Virus record (IMG/VR): IMGVR_UViG_3300002220_000519
Span: 21,407-85,406 of that record
Source of the DNA: a virus
Lineage: Duplodnaviria; Caudoviricetes
Reading direction: 5' to 3' (one strand)
DNA: 64,000 nt
The notes beneath the pieces were generated by a model. That model did not search any database. It saw only the letters and a program-made list of their open reading frames with translations, and had not been told where the DNA came from. Positions within the stretch are counted from its first letter, which is position 1, and each line of letters begins with the position of its first letter. A program made the translations under genes and the position numbers. Shown piece after piece: positions 36,128 through 46,272 of the stretch.

Positions 36128-37183
36128 ATGGACTCAAGTTTAATACAAGGCCCAGGAGTTGGTGAAGCAGCAGGACAGATGATGGCTGCTCCTATGGAGC
36201 GTAAAGCTGGTATCGGGCGTCAAATTTTAGGGCAAGTGTATGGGCACCCAATTAGGAACCTGCTTTATGAATACGCCCTAACACCATGGAATGTATCTAA
36301 CTTTACACAGGGTTTTAACTATAAAGGTCTATTTGGTTACCGCGGCTTTGCTCGCAACACTGGCTCAGTCTTTTCTGCACCTACTGTTGCACTAAGACGC
36401 TTAATTGGTGGTGTGGGGGAACTAGCGAGCTTTGGTGGTGGTGCAGGCCAGCGCTTCTTTAGGGCATTTGGTAAAGGCGGGCTTGAAGGGGTTGCCAATC
36501 TCTATAAAGGCTCTCATAAGACTGCGTCAGGTATTTTTGACGCTCTTTCTGGAATGATAGGTGGCACTGGCAATACAAATATTGGGTTAGTTGGACACAC
36601 CCTACTAGGTAGGCCTAATGCCGCACTTATGAAGGCATTTAGTACTATTGGTGGTAACACGGTAGCACCAGGGCTAGCCGCGGCAGACGCAACTGCAGCA
36701 ATGCGCTCTATATCTACACGATATGGTGGCGAGGCTGGATTTCTTAAGGCCGTATTTACACCTGGTAGACATAGTCGTGGTGTTGCGCGGGCGATGATAA
36801 GAGAGGCAAGTGCTGCTGGTGGTACTTTAGCAACTGCCGACGCACTTAGTTCTGCAAAGCTCTGGTCTCGTAGCCTTGTTACAACTAGAGTTCTTGGTGG
36901 AATAATGACTGCTGCTCTAATCTACGACATAGGAAAGTTTGCGGCCACCAACACCTATAAAATTGCCAGGTATGGTATGGAAAAAGCAGATATAATGCTT
37001 AATTCAATGGGTAGGCAGAACTGGGGAGGAAACTTAAGTCAATCATTCTTAACTTCCGGCGCTACGTCAGAACGACAGCGGGCTCTTGATGAGATTAGCC
37101 GATCGTCTATGAATGCACGAAGTTTAGTTGGTAACGAAGCCCAACTAGCAGCACGAACCTTTTCTGGTGGACGCGTGTGGTAA
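36128..37183 (+). CDS. Gly/Ala-rich putative internal virion protein
   Basis: 351 aa; stop overlaps the terL start. Confidence 0.55.
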   Translation: MDSSLIQGPGVGEAAGQMMAAPMERKAGIGRQILGQVYGHPIRNLLYEYALTPWNVSNFTQGFNYKGLFGYRGFARNTGSVFSAPTVALRRLIGGVGELASFGGGAGQRFFRAFGKGGLEGVANLYKGSHKTASGIFDALSGMIGGTGNTNIGLVGHTLLGRPNAALMKAFSTIGGNTVAPGLAAADATAAMRSISTRYGGEAGFLKAVFTPGRHSRGVARAMIREASAAGGTLATADALSSAKLWSRSLVTTRVLGGIMTAALIYDIGKFAATNTYKIARYGMEKADIMLNSMGRQNWGGNLSQSFLTSGATSERQRALDEISRSSMNARSLVGNEAQLAARTFSGGRVW

Positions 37184-40100
37184 ACGAATCAGACATACAA
37201 TTATTTTTACAGGATAACTATAGTACGCTAGTTGAGGCTTCTGCGGATAAAGAGTGGGCGCAGAAAGTAGAGTCAACAGCCGTTACATTTGATGAGTGGC
37301 TTGGTACCCTAAAACAAGAAGAACTAGCTGGTCAGGTTAATATATGGAATACACCATCCGACTGGGCAGAAACATATCTTTGTCACCCAGACGATACATC
37401 AAAGCCACTAAAACTTAAGGACTTCCAGAAGACAGTAGTAAATGACTGGTACCCAAACGTTGCTGTTAGGATTGGAAGACAGCAGGGTAAGTGTAACTGC
37501 GGCAACGACTTAGTGCATTTAGCTGATGGAACACTTGAACGCGTTGAGGACCTCTTCAATAAAGGTGAGCAGTTTGACATTGTTGGGATGGACGCCCGAT
37601 TCAATCAAGTTGTCCGCAAGGCAGTTGTTCATGACAACGGCGTCAAACCTTGTGTAAAAGTAAAACTGCGTGGTGGACTACATACCGAAGTCACCACAAA
37701 TCACCGCCTTCTAACTATTAGCAAAACTACCGGGCTGCCAACTTCCGTATTTGCTGAAGACCTACAACCTGGTGACTATGTTGCTGTGCCAGACCAACAA
37801 CTTACTAATTCCTCGGAGTGTTTCTACACCGATGCCGAAGTAAAGCTTATTAGTTACTACACAGCTGAAGGCTCCCTAACTGGGCACAACCTCGGTTTTA
37901 CTAATTTCGACCCTATAATCATATCAGACTTTTTATCGGCATGCTCTAATTATGGTGAGTATAAAGACAGAGTTGATGCAAGCAATAGAGCCCACTATAT
38001 AAGCTACCCAACGCTGCCAAATAATCCTATTATGGATTTGATGTGTAAGGCCGGCCTTGCTGGAAAACACTCTCGTGATAAACAGTGCCCTACAGCATTA
38101 ATGCAGAGCTCGCCAGCACAAAAAGCTCTTTACCTCTCCTGCTTAATAGACTGTGATGGCTGGATTGGCAATGATAAAGCCGGTCAAGGTATAGGAATTA
38201 CCTTAGTCTCCAAAAGACTCATTTATGATATTCGCACATTGTTCTTACAACTAGGTATTCACGGCAACATAACGTTCTCCAAAAAGAAATGTTATAATAC
38301 TGGGGCCGTTTCGGACGCATGGACTTATTTTATAGCTGAAAAACAGGAAATACTTAAAGCCGCTGCTGTATTACACCTGCAACTAAAGGCGGATAAGTTG
38401 GCAACTGTTGTTGAAAAATTAGACAGCATTAAAACCAACAATAACCAAAACGTCCTTCCCCCACAATTACAGGAATATTGCAAACGGTATAAATATAGTC
38501 AACCAAAAGGTAGGCAGCTTTCTGATTTACCATTCCGCGTCTTTAAGAACAACAACGCGCCACAGAAGAACAAGATAAAAGCCCTTGGTGCGATATATGA
38601 AGACCAGTACCTTCAGGACATAGCCTCTGCCCCCATTCGCTGGAAAACTGTTGAGTCGGTAGAATTTATTGGAGAGCAGCAGACTTATGCCATAGAGATA
38701 CTTGGTGACCTGCCAGATGAGTTGCGCTACCTCATTGTTGACGGAATTTGGCAGCATAACTCGGTAGTATTGTGCATTAGAGCAGTCTGGTACTGTATGC
38801 GCTATGCACACAAGACGTTCCTGATAGCTACGCCTACACGCGCTCAGGTATGGAGACTATTCGAAGTTCTAACTAACACCGCCTCAAACTTAGTTGACCA
38901 GGGTCAGGTACATATTACTCGTGGTAACCCAATGATCGTTAGGTTTGCAAATGGTTCAAAGATTGTTGGGTTTACTGTAGGCACCAAGTCAGGGCGCAAA
39001 GCTTTCGGTGTACGTGGTCAGGCTGCTGACATCTTAGCTATGGACGAAGTTGACCACATGGGTGAGGGTGACGTCGGGACACTGCTTGGTATCAAGTTTG
39101 GTAAGAAGCAGAACATGCATATCTGGATGTCGTCAACTCCAACTGGGGAGAGGAAGCAGTTTTATACTGTGTGCACAAAGCCGGTAGAAAATGGCTTTCA
39201 TGCTTACCATTTTATTCCACAGACGATGTCAGATTTCGATCCACAGACTGACAACCTACTGCGCTCCCTAATGACCGCGGAGGAGTATGAACACGAAGTT
39301 TTGGCCGAGTTTGGGGCGATCGCATCTGGTGTGTTTAACCCAGACCTAATTGAGGCGGCACTTACTTCTGCAGAGCCCCCATTTATAGATGGAACAACAG
39401 TTACCGAAGCAACAGCCAAATATTTACCAGTCCGCGCTGATTGTTCATATACAATAGCCGCAGACTGGAATACTACAACTGTTGGGCAGTGTATTACTGT
39501 TATTGAGTGGGACCCTACAAAGCGTAAGGCTAAAGTCTGGTTGCAAGAAGAAACACCCAACAAAGAATTCTCACATACGGCCGCAGTCGAGAGAATTGTG
39601 TTTCTACTAAAGTTAACTGGTGCCGCCCATATATGTGTCGATTACGGTTTTGGTGATGCTGATATAGAATTACTGCGCCTAAAAGATAAAGCCGACCCCT
39701 CTCTAAATATAAAAGATAAACTTATTATTATTAACTTTGGTATAGACTTAGAAGTAGAAGACCCACTAAATGGCGACCTAATCAAGAAGGATACTAAGCC
39801 ATTTGTTATAAACACTGTAGTGAAGTTATTAGAAGATAAGTTACTAGAACTACCAATGATCTGGGATAGACAAAACAGGCTAGTAGAAGACATGCGCAAC
39901 TTTATGGTTATGCGTCGCTCTGAGGCTGGCGCCCCTGTCTATACAAGACTAAACGATCATAGAATTATCTCATTTAGCCTTGGCGTGTTTGCTGTAGCCC
40001 TAAAAGGTAATTTACTACTACCTGGAAAAAGCGGTGCTCTTGCCAAGGTCATCTTACGACAGAATGAACTATGGAGCTTAATGCTTGATAAGCACCCATC

Positions 40101-40329
40101 CCAGCAGCGTGTAAAAGCGATTGAACGTACTACCTACTTTAAGCACTCCTCTGTTGTTAATAAGCATTTTGACGAAGAGAAGTATGATGAGAATGCACTT
40201 TGGAAGCTAAAGCGTGGTCAGCAAATAAGACCTGTTGGTTTACGTCAAACAGGACAGCGCGCAGCAGGTGTTAAGAGTGCACTAATTCCTGGTAGGACGA
40301 CTGGGCCAAAGAGTAGACGGGGCTTCTAA
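37177..40329 (+). CDS. terL: Terminase large subunit with intein
   Basis: Walker A GRQQGK|S, Walker B ILAMDEVD, SSTPTG, nuclease motifs IAADW, ICVDYG and NDHRII. Confidence 0.92.
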   Translation: MVNESDIQLFLQDNYSTLVEASADKEWAQKVESTAVTFDEWLGTLKQEELAGQVNIWNTPSDWAETYLCHPDDTSKPLKLKDFQKTVVNDWYPNVAVRIGRQQGKCNCGNDLVHLADGTLERVEDLFNKGEQFDIVGMDARFNQVVRKAVVHDNGVKPCVKVKLRGGLHTEVTTNHRLLTISKTTGLPTSVFAEDLQPGDYVAVPDQQLTNSSECFYTDAEVKLISYYTAEGSLTGHNLGFTNFDPIIISDFLSACSNYGEYKDRVDASNRAHYISYPTLPNNPIMDLMCKAGLAGKHSRDKQCPTALMQSSPAQKALYLSCLIDCDGWIGNDKAGQGIGITLVSKRLIYDIRTLFLQLGIHGNITFSKKKCYNTGAVSDAWTYFIAEKQEILKAAAVLHLQLKADKLATVVEKLDSIKTNNNQNVLPPQLQEYCKRYKYSQPKGRQLSDLPFRVFKNNNAPQKNKIKALGAIYEDQYLQDIASAPIRWKTVESVEFIGEQQTYAIEILGDLPDELRYLIVDGIWQHNSVVLCIRAVWYCMRYAHKTFLIATPTRAQVWRLFEVLTNTASNLVDQGQVHITRGNPMIVRFANGSKIVGFTVGTKSGRKAFGVRGQAADILAMDEVDHMGEGDVGTLLGIKFGKKQNMHIWMSSTPTGERKQFYTVCTKPVENGFHAYHFIPQTMSDFDPQTDNLLRSLMTAEEYEHEVLAEFGAIASGVFNPDLIEAALTSAEPPFIDGTTVTEATAKYLPVRADCSYTIAADWNTTTVGQCITVIEWDPTKRKAKVWLQEETPNKEFSHTAAVERIVFLLKLTGAAHICVDYGFGDADIELLRLKDKADPSLNIKDKLIIINFGIDLEVEDPLNGDLIKKDTKPFVINTVVKLLEDKLLELPMIWDRQNRLVEDMRNFMVMRRSEAGAPVYTRLNDHRIISFSLGVFAVALKGNLLLPGKSGALAKVILRQNELWSLMLDKHPSQQRVKAIERTTYFKHSSVVNKHFDEEKYDENALWKLKRGQQIRPVGLRQTGQRAAGVKSALIPGRTTGPKSRRGF
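37492..38760 (+). mobile_element. 423-aa intein with LAGLIDADG homing endonuclease
   Basis: Starts at C (CNCGND), ends HN before S; TTNHRLL block B; LISYYTAEG and LYLSCLIDCDG. Confidence 0.92.
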
Positions 40330-42911
40330 TGAAAAATACTACACAACAGACATGGACACCTAGAAAAGTAGAGCTACCATCGCAGTTTGAAGGTCAGGAA
40401 GTAAAAGAAGAGCTGTCGCAAACTGAGTATGAACTTGCTATGGACATGTTAGAGCTGCGTGCGTTATTTGATGAGATAGATGACCTATTTTCTGGCGTCT
40501 ATGGAACACTTGACGAGCAACTAGCTAAGATGGCTATAATTCCAGACCCCTCAGACTCCAGACTAGCCCACGCCCTAGTTGCGTTTGACTCTCCTGGAGT
40601 TATTACAAAAGATGTAGTTGACAAGGCTATGTTGGTTTTGTCGGTTCCAAATGGTGTTATTATGAATGAGGTCTCCACGGATACAGATGGTACACCCTCA
40701 TTTATAACGTCTACCTCGCAAACCTACAAAAGCTGTGCCACATATGCCCAAGGAATAAAAGATTATTTAGCAGGAATGGCGGCTCCTAATACATGGGCCG
40801 CGGAAGCGCTGAGTAGCAACAATAGTAAGTTGCAGGAGTTGTCCAGGAAGAAAGCGCTTAAAATGATCTTCCTGGCGGTGCTAGAGCAGATCGTTGAACT
40901 AATTGCAAAAATGTTACGGCCTCTGCGCTGGACACCCGCCAGACCTGCCGTAAATAAGATTATAAGTTGGTTAAGAAAACAAGTTCGTGATGCACAGCGT
41001 AAGCTATTTAAAATAGATCCTATAGGAGCAACTAGACTAGCTGTTAATCCAACTACGCGCTATGAAATTTGGCTTAAGATAAAGACAATAGACTGGAACA
41101 ACACCAGTCCTGTGTTTGGTGTTGATTGGGAACTTGCTATGAACACTAGTTCTGGTCTGCCATACCAGCCTGGCACAATACCCCCGACGTATGTAACCAG
41201 TCTCCTACTTGAAGAGGGTATGGACGCTGACGGTAATAAGAAAAAGAACGTTACGTCGTCATACCGTGGGTGGACTCGTATGGAAGGTACGGTTGTTGTT
41301 TCGGAGTCGGTGTTTCCTATAAACCCACTCTTCCCATTCATTAAAGCTCAATATAAAGAGCCGCTCAGTATTGTTGTCCAGCAGTTCGTAGTCGATACTA
41401 CTATTCAATATATGGACCAGGATACATGGGTAATTAAACCACTTGGTACGCCGGCAACAGCAGACGACCTCGACCCAGACTTAAATACGACTGCAAATGA
41501 ATGTACTGCAAATGCTATGTCCATCCTGGGGGCAGCAGACCTCTACCACACAGGCGATAGTACACTTAATGGCTACCCAAACCAATCCTATATGATGTAT
41601 AGGTCCTTAGGGTCTATTAAAGAAGGTTACGATGGTACAAAAGCAGTAACTAAATCTTTATTTATCGCAACATCAGAACTAATGACAGTGGTTGGTGGAA
41701 CTGATACCGCTAAGTGGCTCGAAAAGGCCGGTAAAGCTACTGAGCATGGGTTTGGTTGGGTAGATAAAAGTCTGGAGTCTGTCTATAACGAATATCTGGA
41801 CTTCGTTAAGCAACTTAATGATGAACCAGTTAGCCCGCGCCAACAGTTAAACAATAGATATATAAAACTAGGTAAAAGTCTTCCAAAACTAAAGAAGCAA
41901 ACAGCTTTATACAAAGCCTTCCTTGGTGATCTTAAGAACTTCCTACTTATTCTGGCGGCCGACCTTAAGAACTGGATTAATGACCGTACTATACTATGTT
42001 GTTTTATTCAGAATTCAGCTGCAATTGGTTTAAGTTGGAGACCTTGGATCAAATTAATGTTGCTTATCATTGCCGTTCTCAAGAATCGTGGTAAAGCTCT
42101 GATAAAGGAATTTCTTGGGGGCTTACTAGATCTTGGTTTGTTACTTTATAATACAGCAGTTACCGTAGTAGTTGGTATTCTAGAGATGCTAGCAAAGTCA
42201 GGTATAGAGTGGGTACAGAATTGGTTAGAGGACCGCCTAGCACTTGAAAAAGAATCTAGCGTTATGAAGTGTACACCGTTTAAAGCCTTTGTATTTAGCC
42301 TTGCTGGTGGATTAGAGCTGTTCGCAGATGACCTGCTTGACTATATTAGAGATATGCTTTTGCTACAGAAAAGAAAGATTGATAAGACAAAGGAAATAAA
42401 CGAAACTTGTAAATTTAATGACTGGTTAGATCACGTTGCACGGATGTTAAAAGCACTAGACCACGCCCTATCACACCAAATTATCTGTAAGGATGGTATT
42501 GCTACTGATGCTAAGTTTTCTGGCTATCCTGGCGGGCCAATAATAGTCGGTGGTGACACAAATGGACCAATTGGTGGCGGAGTTATATTTGATGCTAGTA
42601 TCCCGTCTGCCCAAGTAATTGCAGCCAGAGCCTATCAACAAATAGCTACCTTTGGCCCTACTGGTCCGATCAGCGCGCAAGACTTAGTAGACTTTTATTC
42701 AAGTTACTTACATTATACACCAGACCAAATATCTGCTGCAATTAGTAGCACAGATGTACAATTAAATAACATGCGACAACTTGGTAAACTTGTTCCAGAC
42801 CTAGATGCCATGGCTGGTATCGGTACGTGTACAAGTAACCTAACGCCAGAGGAAAGAGCAGAGGTTGACGCCCGCCTAGCCCAAATTAAGTCTATTGAGG
42901 AGGTACGGTAA
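40329..42911 (+). CDS. 860-aa uncharacterised protein between terL and portal
   Basis: TAATG coupling; mostly helical; no motif recognised. Confidence 0.7.
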   Translation: MKNTTQQTWTPRKVELPSQFEGQEVKEELSQTEYELAMDMLELRALFDEIDDLFSGVYGTLDEQLAKMAIIPDPSDSRLAHALVAFDSPGVITKDVVDKAMLVLSVPNGVIMNEVSTDTDGTPSFITSTSQTYKSCATYAQGIKDYLAGMAAPNTWAAEALSSNNSKLQELSRKKALKMIFLAVLEQIVELIAKMLRPLRWTPARPAVNKIISWLRKQVRDAQRKLFKIDPIGATRLAVNPTTRYEIWLKIKTIDWNNTSPVFGVDWELAMNTSSGLPYQPGTIPPTYVTSLLLEEGMDADGNKKKNVTSSYRGWTRMEGTVVVSESVFPINPLFPFIKAQYKEPLSIVVQQFVVDTTIQYMDQDTWVIKPLGTPATADDLDPDLNTTANECTANAMSILGAADLYHTGDSTLNGYPNQSYMMYRSLGSIKEGYDGTKAVTKSLFIATSELMTVVGGTDTAKWLEKAGKATEHGFGWVDKSLESVYNEYLDFVKQLNDEPVSPRQQLNNRYIKLGKSLPKLKKQTALYKAFLGDLKNFLLILAADLKNWINDRTILCCFIQNSAAIGLSWRPWIKLMLLIIAVLKNRGKALIKEFLGGLLDLGLLLYNTAVTVVVGILEMLAKSGIEWVQNWLEDRLALEKESSVMKCTPFKAFVFSLAGGLELFADDLLDYIRDMLLLQKRKIDKTKEINETCKFNDWLDHVARMLKALDHALSHQIICKDGIATDAKFSGYPGGPIIVGGDTNGPIGGGVIFDASIPSAQVIAARAYQQIATFGPTGPISAQDLVDFYSSYLHYTPDQISAAISSTDVQLNNMRQLGKLVPDLDAMAGIGTCTSNLTPEERAEVDARLAQIKSIEEVR

Positions 42912-42912
42912 C

Positions 42913-44652
42913 ATGCCAGTTATTGGTGGATTCATAGCAGACGTTGCTGCTGAAGACGCAGCACTCGCTAAGCGCGCGCCACGTCCACGGAAAGTCGATG
43001 TTAGAGTAAAGCCTCTAAAGAAGGGCTTGCGTTATGATGGTGGTAGGACTGACAACCCAGATCAGTGGCCGATGCCCGCATTATACGATTATGATGCTGT
43101 GCGACAACTTCTTGACGTAGAATCAATATTTGCTAAAACATGCTGGAAGTACGTTGAACAAATCTGGAGTCGTGGCTGGGAAGTGACGTCGCGAGCTAAT
43201 AAATCATCTGAATATGTAAAGGCACGCTTTAAGCAGATAGCCTACGTATCAGGTATTCCTACTTTTGAATTGTTCTCTGACATAGCTATTCAGGCTGTTG
43301 TCTACTCTAATGTCTACATACAAAAGGTACGTAAAGCTACTGCCTCTGGGGGGCAAGTTAGATTTGTTGGTGGGCGTAGAATAGAACCTGTAGCAGCATA
43401 CGTTGTATTGGACACACCAACTGTCCGCACTGTTAGAAACCCATACGGTGTACCACTCAAGTACATCCAAGACATTCGTGGTAAGTTGGCGTATACCTCA
43501 GGTTGGGAAACCACGACAATTACTCCAACTATGGTGGAAATAGACCCGAAGGATATGATCCACCTGACCTTCCACAGACAAGCTGGCTTTAGTGAAGGTA
43601 CACCAATGGTTATCCCTGTAATAGATGATATTGCAGCATTACGGCGTATGGAGGAGACTGCCGAAATAATCGCATTTCAGGCCTCTATACCTATCTATCA
43701 TTTTACAGCTGGTACGCCAGAGCCAGGAATGGGTGGTACCCCTGCAGAAGTAGACGACCTAGAAGATCGCGTAAATAATATGCTGGCACACGGGTCCCTA
43801 GTTACAAATGAGCGCTGCGGTATTGAGATAAAGCAGGCCGATGCCGACATTACAACTATCCTAGAGTTTATCGACTATTATAAGCGACGTGTATTATCAG
43901 GGCTTGGCGTCTCACCTGTATTGATGGGTGAGTCTGGTACCTCAAATAGAGATACGTCGCTGGTAGTAGCCAATGAAATGCAGCAAACAACAAGGATGCT
44001 TCAACGTTGTATTGCTGAGATGATAAACTCACAAATTATAGATGAACTATTACTTGAAGGCGGCGTCGACATTTTTGACGACTACTACACAGTTAAGTTA
44101 TATATTCCAGAAATTGACGCGGCATCAGAGCGCGCAAACCAAATACACGGCCTAGCTCTTTACGAGGGCGGTGCTATTACTGAATCTGCTTTCCGCCATA
44201 CTTATCTAGGTACGGACCCTATTACTGATGAGGAGCGCGATGACATGTTTCTATCCCGTATTACAATACCAAAGATAGAGGCCCAGGGTTATGCTAAAGG
44301 GCTAGGTGACCCAGAAACAACCGCCGCCGCAGAGAAGAAAATTAAATCGGTGGTTAGACCACAAAACCAACATGGGTCATTCTCTAGGCCATCACGTATT
44401 GCTAAGCGGGATGAACTGCTAGCCCTTGCGCGCAAAGTGGTCACAACGGTAGAACCTGATATAAATGTCTGGTTAAGTAGCTTACAGGACGCACTTGGGG
44501 AAAACCTAACATATAATGATAGATTGACAACCTCATTACGCACCTCAGCGATAATACTCCGTAATAGTCAACTGAATGATGTTCGTAATATGACCTATGA
44601 TGATATTATTAATACAATTGCTGCTAACCTGATTATTGTAGAGGAGGAGTAG
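42913..44652 (+). CDS. Portal protein
   Basis: GFSEGTPMVIPVIDDIAALRRMEE..KRRVLSGLGVSPVLMGES..LQRCIAEMINSQIIDELL; RBS GAGGAGG. Confidence 0.82.
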   Translation: MPVIGGFIADVAAEDAALAKRAPRPRKVDVRVKPLKKGLRYDGGRTDNPDQWPMPALYDYDAVRQLLDVESIFAKTCWKYVEQIWSRGWEVTSRANKSSEYVKARFKQIAYVSGIPTFELFSDIAIQAVVYSNVYIQKVRKATASGGQVRFVGGRRIEPVAAYVVLDTPTVRTVRNPYGVPLKYIQDIRGKLAYTSGWETTTITPTMVEIDPKDMIHLTFHRQAGFSEGTPMVIPVIDDIAALRRMEETAEIIAFQASIPIYHFTAGTPEPGMGGTPAEVDDLEDRVNNMLAHGSLVTNERCGIEIKQADADITTILEFIDYYKRRVLSGLGVSPVLMGESGTSNRDTSLVVANEMQQTTRMLQRCIAEMINSQIIDELLLEGGVDIFDDYYTVKLYIPEIDAASERANQIHGLALYEGGAITESAFRHTYLGTDPITDEERDDMFLSRITIPKIEAQGYAKGLGDPETTAAAEKKIKSVVRPQNQHGSFSRPSRIAKRDELLALARKVVTTVEPDINVWLSSLQDALGENLTYNDRLTTSLRTSAIILRNSQLNDVRNMTYDDIINTIAANLIIVEEE

Positions 44653-44903
44653 TGGAACCAGTACCGTTCAAACCATTGCAGTTCCACCATCTATATTGGG
44701 GTATAATAATTGCAACCATAGGCGCGTATAAACTCTTTGAAAGCTCTAATAATTGGTGGTGGCTGCTTCTCGGTCTTGGAATCTTTACGATTCTAGATGA
44801 TGTAAATCAACATTTTGGAAACGGCTACAGCGTATTAAATAAATTGTTTCACTGGTTGTGGCCACGAATATTTGGTGGCTGGTGGCCATTTGGAACACTA
44901 TAA
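44652..44903 (+). CDS. Small membrane protein (HHLYWG...LDD); possible holin
   Basis: Two hydrophobic segments, Trp-rich. Confidence 0.55.
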   Translation: MEPVPFKPLQFHHLYWGIIIATIGAYKLFESSNNWWWLLLGLGIFTILDDVNQHFGNGYSVLNKLFHWLWPRIFGGWWPFGTL

Positions 44904-44913
44904 GGAGTTAAAC

Positions 44914-45225
44914 ATGAAACGTATTGCAATATTAATATTTATTATGCTTGTGTTTGCTGGTAGCCTATCGTCACAGAGCGCCACAGACATAAGACTACTT
45001 TTCTACGATACAAGTGACTCTACATGGGTAGCCGCAAACGGTACACCCGTTGAGAACACAGCCTGGGGTTTTGGTGTTCTAGCCCGTGCACATAATTATA
45101 ATGGTACTAGCTGGCAACCAGTGCCATTTGGTAGTGTTGACACTAGCAAAAGTGGGGACAGCCTGATAGTTATAATTGGTAAGCTACGTCTTGCTATTAA
45201 AGCCGACACAACTGTACTTCCATAG
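44914..45225 (+). CDS. Signal-peptide-bearing small protein
   Basis: MKRIAILIFIMLVFAGSLSSQS; RBS AAGGAG. Confidence 0.6.
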   Translation: MKRIAILIFIMLVFAGSLSSQSATDIRLLFYDTSDSTWVAANGTPVENTAWGFGVLARAHNYNGTSWQPVPFGSVDTSKSGDSLIVIIGKLRLAIKADTTVLP

Positions 45226-45232
45226 GTGTAAA

Positions 45233-45787
45233 ATGAAATATATAATAATGCACCACTCCTATACTGATTTAGGTAAAACAGTGAGCTGGGATGACATAAA
45301 GCGCTACCATACCTCCTATCGATACAATGACACTATTATTACACCAAAGCGCGCAAAAGAACTACAAGCCCAGGGTAAAAAAGTAGTGGAGCCGTGGTCT
45401 GATATCGGCTATCATATGGGGGTCGAAGAAGTGATCATGCCTAACCCTTGGTACGGTAATCCAGTATTTATACAATTCGGGCGACCAATTGACAAAGCTG
45501 GCGCCCACGCTGTAGACTTTAATAGCGTTGGTTATGGTGTTTGCATCATAGGTAACTTTGATCAGGCCGCCCCAGACGAAATTCAATGGCAAGCTGCACT
45601 TTCACTCGTAAGAGGCTTAATGGTCAGAGACGAGATTCCAGTCGAGAATGTATTAGGACACTGGGAAACATTCATTCGTAGAAAACAGGCCAAGGACCAA
45701 AAAGCCGCACAGAAAATAAAGTCCTGCCCAGGGTTAAAGTTTGACATGGTTCAGTTCCGCAAAGACCTTGGTATTTGGAAAGTATAA
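45233..45787 (+). CDS. N-acetylmuramoyl-L-alanine amidase (Amidase_2 endolysin)
   Basis: IIMHHS, WSDIGYH, GRPIDKAGAHA, GVCIIGNFD, VLGH, KSCPG. Confidence 0.92.
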   Translation: MKYIIMHHSYTDLGKTVSWDDIKRYHTSYRYNDTIITPKRAKELQAQGKKVVEPWSDIGYHMGVEEVIMPNPWYGNPVFIQFGRPIDKAGAHAVDFNSVGYGVCIIGNFDQAAPDEIQWQAALSLVRGLMVRDEIPVENVLGHWETFIRRKQAKDQKAAQKIKSCPGLKFDMVQFRKDLGIWKV

Positions 45788-45815
45788 ACAACACAATTCG
45801 TAAAAGGAGAAAGAA

Positions 45816-46166
45816 ATGTTAACAGTAATCATTGCGCTCTCGGCCGTACTGGGTGCTACAACCACCGCTCTTGTAGAGTTTTGTAAGAGGGCTGCAGCTT
45901 CTGGTAATGCTCTATTTGTTAAAATAGTGGGCGGCTGGAAGACAATAGTTTTAGCTATCGTTGTAGGTGGTATTGTTGGTGCTGCATATAAGGCAATGCT
46001 AGTACTCAATATAGCTGCCCTGCTTCTAACTGCTGAAAAAGTAACCGCACTGGCCGCATTTGCTGGTGTAACTTGGTTAGGTTTTATTGCTGCCGGCGTA
46101 TGGTCTGGGGCAATAATCTCTGGTATTATCGGGCTAATTTCTAGCTGGTTGAACCCAAAAAAGTAG
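45816..46166 (+). CDS. Holin-like multi-pass membrane protein
   Basis: 3-4 hydrophobic helices, basic C-terminus, next to the amidase. Confidence 0.65.
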   Translation: MLTVIIALSAVLGATTTALVEFCKRAAASGNALFVKIVGGWKTIVLAIVVGGIVGAAYKAMLVLNIAALLLTAEKVTALAAFAGVTWLGFIAAGVWSGAIISGIIGLISSWLNPKK

Positions 46167-46181
46167 AAAGTATAAGTCCAC

Positions 46182-46207
46182 CTCGCACATTAAGTTGTGA
46201 GCTTTTT
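46182..46207 (+). terminator. Probable intrinsic terminator after the lysis genes
   Basis: CTCGCA-8 nt-TGTGAG followed by CTTTTT. Confidence 0.5.
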
Positions 46208-46235
46208 GGGTAATCAGTACCTTTTATGGTATAAT
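46206..46235 (+). promoter_or_regulatory. Extended -10 promoter upstream of the protease/capsid genes
   Basis: TGGTATAAT at 46227-46235; weak -35 (TTGGGT, 18 bp). Confidence 0.5.
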
Positions 46236-46272
46236 TAAGACAATGAAAAAACCATCGTAGGAGTCTTTTAAG

